A stretch of DNA of 64,000 nt, taken from the IMG/VR virus record IMGVR_UViG_3300048592_000244, positions 1-64,000 of that record; one strand, written 5' to 3'. The stretch comes from a virus. Below the pieces are notes generated by a model. That model made no database searches. It had not been told where the DNA came from and saw only the letters and a list, made by a program, of their open reading frames with translations. Below are positions 45,013-53,712 of this stretch, in pieces (position 1 is the stretch's first letter; each line of letters starts with the position of its first letter). Position numbers and translations under genes: made by a program.

Positions 45013-45549
45013 ATGATGAAACGACTGGCACTGTTGCTCCTGCTGTTCCTCGCGGGATGCACGATACCTCTTTACGAGTCAAGAGACCGCGTGGGCATTG
45101 ACTTGTGGGGCTCGCCCACCGTCACTGAGGACAGCTACGAATTCCAGATGAAATTCGACTCGCCTACTGATGATCCTTACCTCATCCAGTGGATCGACGT
45201 AGGTCCGTACCACGGGGTGGAAGCATTCCGTGTGGTCGAGCCCTACAAGAGTCAGGTGGACACGCACTCAGTCAGCGAGACCAATTTCCAGCACAGGCGC
45301 ATCACCATCGCGCCGGGTGACATCGAAGGCGCTGATGAGACCTTCTGGGGGTTCTCCATGCTGCCCTCGCAGTGGCCTGACAACTTCAACGCGACCTACC
45401 GAGCCAACCACAACATTCAGGGCAGGGTCGTCTACCGCAAGCCTGAGCATGAGACTGTCTACTACCTGCACTTCGAGAACGGCGTCCTGACGTGGTGGAT
45501 AGAAGGCCACGAGGATGAAAAGCGGGAGTGGCGGGCAGAGGGAAAGTAG
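45013..45549 (+). CDS. lipoprotein
   Basis: MMKRLALLLLLFLAGC lipobox; GGGAG RBS. Confidence 0.75.
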   Translation: MMKRLALLLLLFLAGCTIPLYESRDRVGIDLWGSPTVTEDSYEFQMKFDSPTDDPYLIQWIDVGPYHGVEAFRVVEPYKSQVDTHSVSETNFQHRRITIAPGDIEGADETFWGFSMLPSQWPDNFNATYRANHNIQGRVVYRKPEHETVYYLHFENGVLTWWIEGHEDEKREWRAEGK

Positions 45550-45563
45550 GCTAATCTTTCCGC

Positions 45564-46883
45564 ATGGCACGCACGACAAGCACATCATTCAGCATCAACG
45601 ACGCAGGCACGTTCTTTGCCAACAAGTCGCTGCTGCTCGATCTCCAGAAGTTCCAGCAGGAGGTTGAGGAAGACCCCAACAAGTACAACCGGGGCGTACT
45701 GCTTGGATTCCAGACACAGTTCGACATCTATGGCACCGGGGAGTTCGACCGGATGTACGCGGCGATGGTGCAGCGGGACTTCGGTGACACGCTGGACGGC
45801 AGGCAGGAAAGAATGCTGGCAGCCATGCTGGACCGCCATAAGGGCCTCTGGACGCAGGCGATCACGAAAGCCTTTTCTGTGGCCGCCAACAGCGTAGAAG
45901 GCAGGACACAGTTCGGTCAGCCGACCATCCTCCAGCGCATTGTCAATTTCTTCACTCAAGAAGACCGACAGCAATCATCGCTGGGCTTCTTCGTGGATGA
46001 GCATGATCGTGTGTTCAGCACACGGAAGCTGGCTACTGCCGCAGCCGAGGAAACGACGATCACGGTGAAAATGTCCGCACTGGATTGGGTGCTCGACGCC
46101 AAGGTGATGATAATTGAGGTGCCGGGCGAGCCGGACAAGTACGTCACTCCGCGTCAGTTGATTCGGCTGGTGGACACAGGCCAGTACCCAGAGAACGACG
46201 TGCAGAATCACGTGAACAGAACTGCACGCGCCAACTTGAATTTCCCCATTATCATCAGCAAGTGGGGGACTGTAGACGCGACTGTTGTGGATGGAATTCA
46301 CCGCATACTCAAAGCCCACCTTCTCGGACGGCGTACCATCAAGGCGCAGGTCTTGCGCGGGGGCGTACCGGAGTCTGCTACAGCAGTGCGATTCAAGATA
46401 CCCACCGAGGCACAGATGAAGCCGCAGCTACTCGGTGTTGCTCGCGCAGCCACACAGGGGAGCAGTAAACGTATCTTCAAACAGCGGTTGGCACCCTTCG
46501 TCCAGATGCTTTACAAGACGATGGGCATGAATTTCCGCAGGGACTTCGAGATCATGGTGGCCCGGTTTGCTGTCAGCCAGAAGGGCGGCGAACAGCTATT
46601 CCTCATCAACAGCCACGTCTCGCAGGTTAGCAGCAAGACATGCAGATTATGCGCAGGGAGGGTTTTCACCCGTGAATCTCTACGCTATGCTGCGCAGGAG
46701 TTGTCACCGAATCTTTTCCACCCGAACTGTGTTCACTACGTCGTCAGGTCTTTTCAGGAAACGACCGAGACCTACGACGGCAAGCAGGGCGCGGTTGTCA
46801 CGATGCAGGAGATCGGCAGGTGGATTTCATCCGGCAGGACGAAGAAGGCAAAGCGTCAGGCCCCGGTAAGCATAAACGTCTAA
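45564..46883 (+). CDS. MuF/minor head morphogenesis protein with internal ParB/Srx-like domain
   Basis: CRLCAG...FHPNCVH MuF signature; FPIII...VVDGIHRILKAHLLGRRTIKA ParB-N-like motif; upstream of scaffold. Confidence 0.7.
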   Translation: MARTTSTSFSINDAGTFFANKSLLLDLQKFQQEVEEDPNKYNRGVLLGFQTQFDIYGTGEFDRMYAAMVQRDFGDTLDGRQERMLAAMLDRHKGLWTQAITKAFSVAANSVEGRTQFGQPTILQRIVNFFTQEDRQQSSLGFFVDEHDRVFSTRKLATAAAEETTITVKMSALDWVLDAKVMIIEVPGEPDKYVTPRQLIRLVDTGQYPENDVQNHVNRTARANLNFPIIISKWGTVDATVVDGIHRILKAHLLGRRTIKAQVLRGGVPESATAVRFKIPTEAQMKPQLLGVARAATQGSSKRIFKQRLAPFVQMLYKTMGMNFRRDFEIMVARFAVSQKGGEQLFLINSHVSQVSSKTCRLCAGRVFTRESLRYAAQELSPNLFHPNCVHYVVRSFQETTETYDGKQGAVVTMQEIGRWISSGRTKKAKRQAPVSINV

Positions 46884-46895
46884 GGAGATTGGATC

Positions 46896-48053
46896 ATGGC
46901 AGGAGCAGCGCAACAGCCGCAAGGCCAGCCGGTGGCGACCGACCCCACCAAGGCACAGGACGGCCAGATTTTCAAAGGTGGTGATGTCAAGGGCGAGGGC
47001 TACGACGACTTCGACAAAGCCCGCGAGGGCATGAACCAGAAGCTGCGTCAGAAGCAGGAAGCAGACGCCGCTGCTGAACAGGCCAAGATCGCGGAGGGCC
47101 AGACAAAGGCCAAGATCGAGGGCAAGGCCGCAGCCATCGTCGAAGGCATCGACATCAACGCCATCGCTGATGAGGTGGATGCTGATTTCAAGATGGCGGA
47201 AAAGATTCGCGCCTTCCGCAAGCTGTCGCCGGAAAATGAGCAGAAGCTCGCGGCCATTTCCAAAAGTGTCCAGCAGCGCCGACAGGAGCGCATTGACAAG
47301 TTGCTCAACGACCCTGATATGAACAGCGATCTTGACAATGCGCTGGACGCCGCTGGTGCCCAACCGCCGACGCAGCCGCAGAAGCCTGCTGGTCAGCAGG
47401 AGCCTGCCGGGCAACAGGCACCGGCAGAAGGTACGCCACAGGCACAGCCCGGCCAGCAGCCCCCGGTACAGCAGCCCGATCAGCAACTGGACATCAACCA
47501 GTTGTTGGACAGCAAGTTGGCCGGTGTGCGCAAGGAACTGGAAGACAAGATCAAGAAGACGAACAACGAGCTTGAGCAGGAGCGCATCCGCCGCCAAGAA
47601 GCTGAAAACAAGATGAAGGAAATGAAGCAGGCGGAAGAAAATCGTGTCCAGCAGGAAGTACGCACGAATTTCAACAGCAATGCTGGCAAGCTGGGTATCC
47701 CCGAAGACCTGCTTGACGTAGCCTTTGGCAAGGCACGCGACATTGTGAACGCCAACCAGCGCCAGATGTCGTGGGACGACATTTTCGCTGCCATGAAGAC
47801 GCAATTCCCGTCGCTTTTTCGCGGCAAGCAGGCCACGGCCCCAGCCGAGGGCGGTGGAAACGCTGGCGCAGACGCTGGCGAGGCGGCGAAGAAAGTCACT
47901 GTGAAGGCCGGAACCGGCACCGGCGCAGGTGGAGCAGGCCCCAAAAATCCGCCCCCGGCAGCAGGCGGAAAGAAGGAGCATGATTCCTTCGACGAAGCCA
48001 AGAAAGCCCTGAGCAAGCGGGCGGAGCAGATGGCAGCAGGTGGTGGGGGATAA
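46896..48053 (+). CDS. capsid scaffolding protein
   Basis: Coiled-coil, Q/A/P-rich, directly upstream of capsid; FPSLF and G-rich C-terminus. Confidence 0.8.
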   Translation: MAGAAQQPQGQPVATDPTKAQDGQIFKGGDVKGEGYDDFDKAREGMNQKLRQKQEADAAAEQAKIAEGQTKAKIEGKAAAIVEGIDINAIADEVDADFKMAEKIRAFRKLSPENEQKLAAISKSVQQRRQERIDKLLNDPDMNSDLDNALDAAGAQPPTQPQKPAGQQEPAGQQAPAEGTPQAQPGQQPPVQQPDQQLDINQLLDSKLAGVRKELEDKIKKTNNELEQERIRRQEAENKMKEMKQAEENRVQQEVRTNFNSNAGKLGIPEDLLDVAFGKARDIVNANQRQMSWDDIFAAMKTQFPSLFRGKQATAPAEGGGNAGADAGEAAKKVTVKAGTGTGAGGAGPKNPPPAAGGKKEHDSFDEAKKALSKRAEQMAAGGGG

Positions 48054-48081
48054 TTTCGGCCTGACACCCATCGAATAAATT

Positions 48082-48128
48082 CCAGCGGTATTTCTCCCAC
48101 AGGGGTTGAAATACCGCTGGTTTCTTTT
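48082..48128 (+). terminator. 13-bp stem-loop with T-tract between scaffold and capsid
   Basis: CCAGCGGTATTTC/GAAATACCGCTGG followed by TTTCTTTT. Confidence 0.65.
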
Positions 48129-48196
48129 CCATGCTCAGGGGGCACCGCAGTAACCCCGCTCTGTGCGGGAAATTGTTTTCGGACTAGGAGTAACAC

Positions 48197-49198
48197 ATGC
48201 CCGGCGTAGCAGGCTTCAATTTCGCTGACGCCGCCGTCATGGTGAAAGAGGAGTTCGAGTCCACGTTCTACCGGACTTTCGTCCGCAACAACGTGTTCAT
48301 GGAACTGCTCAACCCCACTCGTGAGGAGTACGTCGAAAAGGACATCCGCTGGAAGCTCTACTACAGCGGAAACCCTGCGGCGGGCTCGTACAGCGAGGAC
48401 GGCGACATTGGCATCAACCGCACCGACCTTGGTGAGCGTTTCACCACGGCCCAGCTTGACTGGAAGCTGAACGGTGTGCCGATCAAAGTGAGCGGTCTGG
48501 CGCAGGCCATCACCCAGAGCCCCAAGGCGATCATCGACGCCGTGGGGGAAAACACCGAGCAGGCCCTCAAGCAGTTGCAGGCGAACATGAACCTGCAACT
48601 CCTGAGCGACGGCGCTGGCAACCTGAACGGCGTCAACCCGGCCCTCAACGCCGGTCTTGACATCACCGGAATTCAGGCGGCCATCGACGACGGTGGTGAC
48701 GTAGCGATCTACGGTGGCATCGACCGCACCGTGGACGTCTACTGGCAGAGCTTCGTGCTCCGCAATCCACTGGCCCCCGGCACCCCGCGCCCGCTGACCG
48801 AAGCACTGATGCACCAAGTGATGAACGAGCTTCGTCAGGTGCGTCAGGGCCGCGTCACGCACATCCTGTGCAGCCCGAACGTCTTCACGCAGTACGGTCT
48901 CCTGCTTCAAGGCGACCGTCGCTACCCGCTTACGGGCGGTGGCGCGAACCGCTATGTCGGCGGTTTCGAGGCGTTGAAGTTCGACGACGTTGCACTGGTG
49001 AGCGTTCCTCTCTACGAGGAAGGCCGCATGGACTTCGTGGACATGGACCTGTTGAAGTACAAGATTCTCTTGGACTTCACCATTTCCCCGCGTGACGCAG
49101 GCATCCGCGATGCCAACGTCATGCACGCGAAGACCTACAGCCAGTTCCAGTGCAAGAACAGCTTCGTCATGGGAAGCATCCGCGACCTGATCGTCTAG
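48197..49198 (+). CDS. major capsid protein (HK97 fold)
   Basis: 333 aa after scaffold; LLSDGAGN...ITGIQAAI...YGGIDRT...YW pattern; strongly biased codons; terminator follows. Confidence 0.9.
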   Translation: MPGVAGFNFADAAVMVKEEFESTFYRTFVRNNVFMELLNPTREEYVEKDIRWKLYYSGNPAAGSYSEDGDIGINRTDLGERFTTAQLDWKLNGVPIKVSGLAQAITQSPKAIIDAVGENTEQALKQLQANMNLQLLSDGAGNLNGVNPALNAGLDITGIQAAIDDGGDVAIYGGIDRTVDVYWQSFVLRNPLAPGTPRPLTEALMHQVMNELRQVRQGRVTHILCSPNVFTQYGLLLQGDRRYPLTGGGANRYVGGFEALKFDDVALVSVPLYEEGRMDFVDMDLLKYKILLDFTISPRDAGIRDANVMHAKTYSQFQCKNSFVMGSIRDLIV

Positions 49199-49230
49199 TA
49201 GAGCAGGCGGTCTGACAAGCTAGGAAAAGA

Positions 49231-49262
49231 GGGCCGTCCTTCGGGGCGGCCCTTGCATTATT
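49231..49262 (+). terminator. Rho-independent terminator after capsid gene
   Basis: GGGCCGTCC TTCG GGGCGGCCC then T-rich tail. Confidence 0.75.
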
Positions 49263-49317
49263 TATGATGCAAACCACAATGAGGGCCTTGGTTTGAATTT
49301 CTCACAGGAGATGGAAA

Positions 49318-50538
49318 ATGTCAGGACCGACGTCTGGACTCCCTGCTGGTTATCCTGCACCGCCCGCTGCGCCGACAGGGCTGGTTCCGCAGGGACAAGC
49401 AGGACCGTATCAGTACGGGAGAAATCGTGGCCAGAACCGGCCCGACATGAACCCGCTCAACAGCCGACCGGCGATGCTGGTGAAAAACAGCGCCCGCAAA
49501 CGCCTAAACGAGTACCTTCGGGACCAAGGGCTCCAGCCCTTCGCAGAGCACGAGGAAATTCCCGGCCTGTTTATCCTGATCGAACTCATGCACATGACCG
49601 TGGAGCCACTGCGCACAGACGCCAACCGCGCCTTCCGCGACATGCCCGTCAAGCTGTCCACCAGCCAGACTGTCCGCACAGTCTGGCGTCGTCTTCCCTA
49701 CGAGGCCGTGCCCTACGAGGCCCGCACATTCCCGCTGCACGTCGCCCGGATGATGCTCCAGCAGATCGAGAATTACAGCTACACGATCTACCCGGAACTC
49801 GTTCAGCAGGGCAACTTGCAGGTCTGGCAGGCGCGTCCACTGATGCAGGGTGAAGGCGTGCAGATCGCGCCGGTGCGCTGGCGTGCGCCGACCCAGCAGG
49901 AATTGAACGCCATGAACGCGATGGCGAATCGCCTCAGCCAGTCAGACGGCATTGCCAGTCGTCGTCCGGGCGGAGGTGGTGGCCTGATGGTGTCGCTCAA
50001 CCCTGAGAAGGACAGACGGGTGATGGACGCCACGCAGACAGCAGAGGCGAAGGGAAATCCCGATGTCCACACATTCCAGCAGCCACAGGCACCGCAAGGA
50101 GCCCCGGCACCGACGCCGGAATATCCGCAGCCGCAGTCAGCACCACCGTCCGCTCCACCGGCGTCGAGCCAGCAGTACGCCCAGACACCACAGGGACAGC
50201 AGGTGCAGCAGGGCCTGCCTCCGCAGCCAGCGCCGCAGATGCAGGTTGACCCGCAGGCGTCACCGCAGCAGGCAGGGCAGAGCACCAGCATGAAGTCCGA
50301 TCTGCATGAGCCTGTGAACGCGACCAACGAGATACCTGAGACAGTCCGCCGCAACACCGCTGCCAGCAATGAAGCGACAGCGGAGGAAAATCAGGAAGCT
50401 CTGGCGGCGGGCCACCGGGAAATCCCCGAGGATGCACCGCCACCGGCGACCAGCAAGGCGCACGTTCCACCGCCGCCAACGACACAGGCGCAAAACCCCG
50501 GCAACGTACCACCTCCGCCTCCGCCACCGACTCGCTAG
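49318..50538 (+). CDS. Pro/Gln-rich protein
   Basis: 406 aa; folded-looking core plus long PQ tail ending VPPPPPPPTR. Confidence 0.75.
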   Translation: MSGPTSGLPAGYPAPPAAPTGLVPQGQAGPYQYGRNRGQNRPDMNPLNSRPAMLVKNSARKRLNEYLRDQGLQPFAEHEEIPGLFILIELMHMTVEPLRTDANRAFRDMPVKLSTSQTVRTVWRRLPYEAVPYEARTFPLHVARMMLQQIENYSYTIYPELVQQGNLQVWQARPLMQGEGVQIAPVRWRAPTQQELNAMNAMANRLSQSDGIASRRPGGGGGLMVSLNPEKDRRVMDATQTAEAKGNPDVHTFQQPQAPQGAPAPTPEYPQPQSAPPSAPPASSQQYAQTPQGQQVQQGLPPQPAPQMQVDPQASPQQAGQSTSMKSDLHEPVNATNEIPETVRRNTAASNEATAEENQEALAAGHREIPEDAPPPATSKAHVPPPPTTQAQNPGNVPPPPPPPTR

Positions 50539-50545
50539 AAAAGAC

Positions 50546-50577
50546 ACCGGCCAGCTTCGCGCTGGCCGGTTCTCTTT
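50546..50577 (+). terminator. Rho-independent terminator
   Basis: ACCGGCCAGC/GCTGGCCGGT plus TCTCTTT. Confidence 0.7.
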
Positions 50578-50590
50578 GTAGGATGCACGC

Positions 50591-50989
50591 ATGGGTGACG
50601 GCAGCATTTCCATCAACGTGACGAAGAAATTTCCTCTCAGGGCGCTGAGGAAGGGGTTCGCTGCTGCCACTGAGTACGCTCTCAAGCGAGTGGCCGACCG
50701 GCTGTTGTCAGACTCACGTCAGTTCGTCCCTGTGCTCACCGGCGCGTTGAAGGACAGCGGCTTCGTGGAAGTGATGCCCACGGTCGATCAGGCGTTCGCT
50801 ATGGTGAAGGTGATCTACCCACTGGACTACGCTGAGACACAGCACGAGGATGAGTACCGGCACCCATCCCTTGGATTCAGGGGCGCAGCCAAGTACCTAC
50901 AGAAACCACTAGACCTCTACACTGACTTTTACTTTGAGCTTTTCGCCTTTGAATTCGATGAGTACGTTGAAAGGAACGGCCTCTCGTAG
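50591..50989 (+). CDS. HK97 gp10-like neck/tail-completion protein
   Basis: VPVLTGALKDSG...YAETQHE...AKYLQKPL. Confidence 0.75.
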   Translation: MGDGSISINVTKKFPLRALRKGFAAATEYALKRVADRLLSDSRQFVPVLTGALKDSGFVEVMPTVDQAFAMVKVIYPLDYAETQHEDEYRHPSLGFRGAAKYLQKPLDLYTDFYFELFAFEFDEYVERNGLS

Positions 50990-51008
50990 ATAAGGGAAGG
51001 AGACGACC

Positions 51009-51695
51009 ATGCCTGACAAGGTTCTTGAGCACATCTGCTTCGGGGGCACCATTGAAGGTGGCCCGTTTGACCAACACCGACTCCGCGTGAGCGCCAATCG
51101 TGAGGGCCGCAAGTACGTCCCCAGCGTCACTGTCATGGGGCCTGACGGAATGTATCTACCGGCGAATCCGCTGGAAATTCCATCAGCGATCCTGCGCACC
51201 AGCAAGGAGAGCCCGGCTGCCGCGCTGGACGTAGCATTCAAGGCGCTCTACTTCTACCTGAACAACGAAGTCGCTGCTGCCCGCCTCAGTGAAGTGCAGG
51301 AGGAGTCCAAGCACTGGATTTACCTCGACGAGATGGGCAAGCGCGATTACACGGCCATGCCTGACTACGACACCGAGGAGTACAAAACCTTCCAAGAGGA
51401 GGAATTCAACTACACGCCGCCCAACAGCGAAGCCGTGGTTGAAGCAGGGCTGATGACCATTGGCTCCAGCGCCAGCGTTGAGTCTGACGACGGTGTTGAC
51501 GGCGATGCCGCTGATGTCGGCGGCCAGAGCAAAGGCACGGGGGAGGGAGGTGTTGGTGCTGCCCCCGGCTCCGAGTCGTCTGTAGATGGCAACATGGCCG
51601 CAGACGAGGGCCTCCAGAATTTCCTCAAGAGCAATTCCGGCCTCAACCCGGAACTGTCCAGCACGCAGGGAGTAGGCACCGGCGAGAAGGGCTAA
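51009..51695 (+). CDS. hypothetical protein with acidic Gly-rich tail
   Basis: AAGGAG RBS, CGTAGATA upstream. Confidence 0.7.
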   Translation: MPDKVLEHICFGGTIEGGPFDQHRLRVSANREGRKYVPSVTVMGPDGMYLPANPLEIPSAILRTSKESPAAALDVAFKALYFYLNNEVAAARLSEVQEESKHWIYLDEMGKRDYTAMPDYDTEEYKTFQEEEFNYTPPNSEAVVEAGLMTIGSSASVESDDGVDGDAADVGGQSKGTGEGGVGAAPGSESSVDGNMAADEGLQNFLKSNSGLNPELSSTQGVGTGEKG

Positions 51696-51698
51696 ACC

Positions 51699-52517
51699 AT
51701 GCCAGAGACAGTCACGTTCGAGGACAAGGTGATCGACCCGACCACGCTACTCGGCGTGCCGGTGACTGCGTTGACGCTGGAGATCAGGAACCGCAACAAG
51801 GCCCTGCAAGAAACACTGGTCTTTCCTGCGGGAATTTCCGAGATCATCGGTGCCGGTCCTGACTACAGCTACAAGGTCACGGACTTCGACATCAGCGATC
51901 AGGAGAAATTCCCCGGCACGTTCATCTGCGTGCGGTGGTTCGCCACTACAGCAGCCGGTGTCGTGCGCCCGTGGGATCAGGTCGTGTCCATCACCGGCGC
52001 GGCGTCACCCACGATCCCTGCCAACCGTGAGCCCTACATCGACATCACCGAGGCGGAGGAATTTTTCCAGACCCGACTCGACTACGTGGATTGGGACCGC
52101 TTCGACGCCATCACTCAGTTGCGGGCACTCGTCTCCGCCAGCGACTGTCTTGACGGTGAGCGGTACAAGGGTCTGAAAATCCGTTTCTTCGAGACGGACA
52201 CCACGCGCCAGTGGCCCCGCACGATGCCGTTTGAGGAAGCGATGGCCAGCTTCTTCCTTGGCATCGACCGCATCCCCACGCGCATCCGCTGGGCGACTGC
52301 TGTGCAGGCTTTGTACCTGCTCAAGCAGATCGAGCGCGGGCACGATTGGGAGGCACGCCGCGACATGCAGTTGAAGGGCCTGACCGGCATCACCCGTGGC
52401 GATAACAGTGAGCAGTGGTCACTGGAGTTCGCCACGCGCCGGTCGATCTGCGAGGAAGCCTACGAACTGATCCATCCGTTCTTGGCTCAGAGCATCGACA
52501 GCATGAACGCGTATTAG
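51699..52517 (+). CDS. head-tail adaptor (DnaT-like domain family) with N-terminal extra domain
   Basis: YIDITEAEEFF...RALVSASDCLD...YKG...QWPR...IPTRIRWA..VQAL. Confidence 0.7.
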   Translation: MPETVTFEDKVIDPTTLLGVPVTALTLEIRNRNKALQETLVFPAGISEIIGAGPDYSYKVTDFDISDQEKFPGTFICVRWFATTAAGVVRPWDQVVSITGAASPTIPANREPYIDITEAEEFFQTRLDYVDWDRFDAITQLRALVSASDCLDGERYKGLKIRFFETDTTRQWPRTMPFEEAMASFFLGIDRIPTRIRWATAVQALYLLKQIERGHDWEARRDMQLKGLTGITRGDNSEQWSLEFATRRSICEEAYELIHPFLAQSIDSMNAY

Positions 52518-52525
52518 GAGCAGGC

Positions 52526-53320
52526 GTGGGCATCGAGAGCAAACTACAGGGGTTCGAGCGTGACGCGGAACGCGGCGAGAAGCTGCGTGAGGAAATTGGC
52601 AAGAAGCTCGGCCTCCTCAACCGCGATCTCATGCGGGACATCTCCGAGATGGTCCGTGTGATGTTCCGCTCTGACAAGGAGTTTGAGCGTGCCCTGAAAC
52701 AGCGCCTTGATGCAGCCGCTACCAGCAAGAAGGAATTCATCCTCACGCAGAGCGGTCAGAAGTTCAAGGTCAGCGACATCGACCCCAAGCGCGTGATCGC
52801 CCAGCGCGAACTCACCGGCTTCGAGGAGGAAAAGCTCAAGAAAATCAAAGAGACCATCGGTGAGGTAGAGACCGCTGCCAAGGCCGCCATCGGTGCCGTG
52901 CGTCGGGAGCGTGTGCTGCTGAACGAGTTCTCCAAGGACGCCCGGTCTATCGCCAGCGATCTGCGCCGGGAACTCCGCGACAGTGACGACAAGAGCAAGC
53001 TCGAAAGCCAGATCAACGATTTCGAGAGTAAGGCCGGAAGAATTTCCTCCGCTGAGTCCGATCTGGAAGGAATGCAGCGTGAGGCGCTCAAGGTGATGCA
53101 GACGGCCAAGTCAGCACAGTCTGTGATCTCCGGTGTGAGCAGCCGGACAGACCTTGAGGAAATTCTTGTGGGCGCAGCAGGTGGCTTTGGCATCACAGCC
53201 GCCGTGGCCGCGCTAGTGGGATCAATGGGCGCTGCCGGTATTCTGGCGATGCCTGCTCTGATAGCATTCGCCCTGTCACGTATCGTGAAGCTGGTGAAAG
53301 ACGTGGCAGGGGACGACTGA
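52526..53320 (+). CDS. coiled-coil protein with C-terminal hydrophobic helices
   Basis: GTG after AGGAG; C-terminal ILVGAAGGFGITAAVAALVGSMGAAGILAMPALIAFAL. Confidence 0.7.
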   Translation: MGIESKLQGFERDAERGEKLREEIGKKLGLLNRDLMRDISEMVRVMFRSDKEFERALKQRLDAAATSKKEFILTQSGQKFKVSDIDPKRVIAQRELTGFEEEKLKKIKETIGEVETAAKAAIGAVRRERVLLNEFSKDARSIASDLRRELRDSDDKSKLESQINDFESKAGRISSAESDLEGMQREALKVMQTAKSAQSVISGVSSRTDLEEILVGAAGGFGITAAVAALVGSMGAAGILAMPALIAFALSRIVKLVKDVAGDD

Positions 53321-53712
53321 TGTTCTACTATCCGCACATGATTGTCGCGCTCATCAAGCGAGACGCACGCCCCAAGTCCATCTACGAGGGGCTGTGTGAA
53401 AACGACTTCATCAAGTGCCGCATCCCGTGCTCGTGGGACACCAAGCGCCAGTGGATCGGCCCGAGGGAAAAGCGCGTCGAGATCGAGGGCACGCTTTCGG
53501 TCAAGCTGAACAAGACGACAGAGCGGTACATCGCTGTCGTAGGAAATGCTGTGATTCTGCGGCACATCCCCAGCGTTATCTGGGTGATCGAGCAGGTGAA
53601 CCACAATGACGGCGTGTTCATCAGCGACGGCACATTCGACCTGTTGTTGAGCCGCCACGGGGTTGAAGTACCGCCCACAGGCGATCTGCGGAAATACTTG
53701 GACGAGTTCTAA
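53320..53712 (+). CDS. hypothetical protein (neck region)
   Basis: TGATG coupling; position in head-tail joining block. Confidence 0.6.
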   Translation: MFYYPHMIVALIKRDARPKSIYEGLCENDFIKCRIPCSWDTKRQWIGPREKRVEIEGTLSVKLNKTTERYIAVVGNAVILRHIPSVIWVIEQVNHNDGVFISDGTFDLLLSRHGVEVPPTGDLRKYLDEF

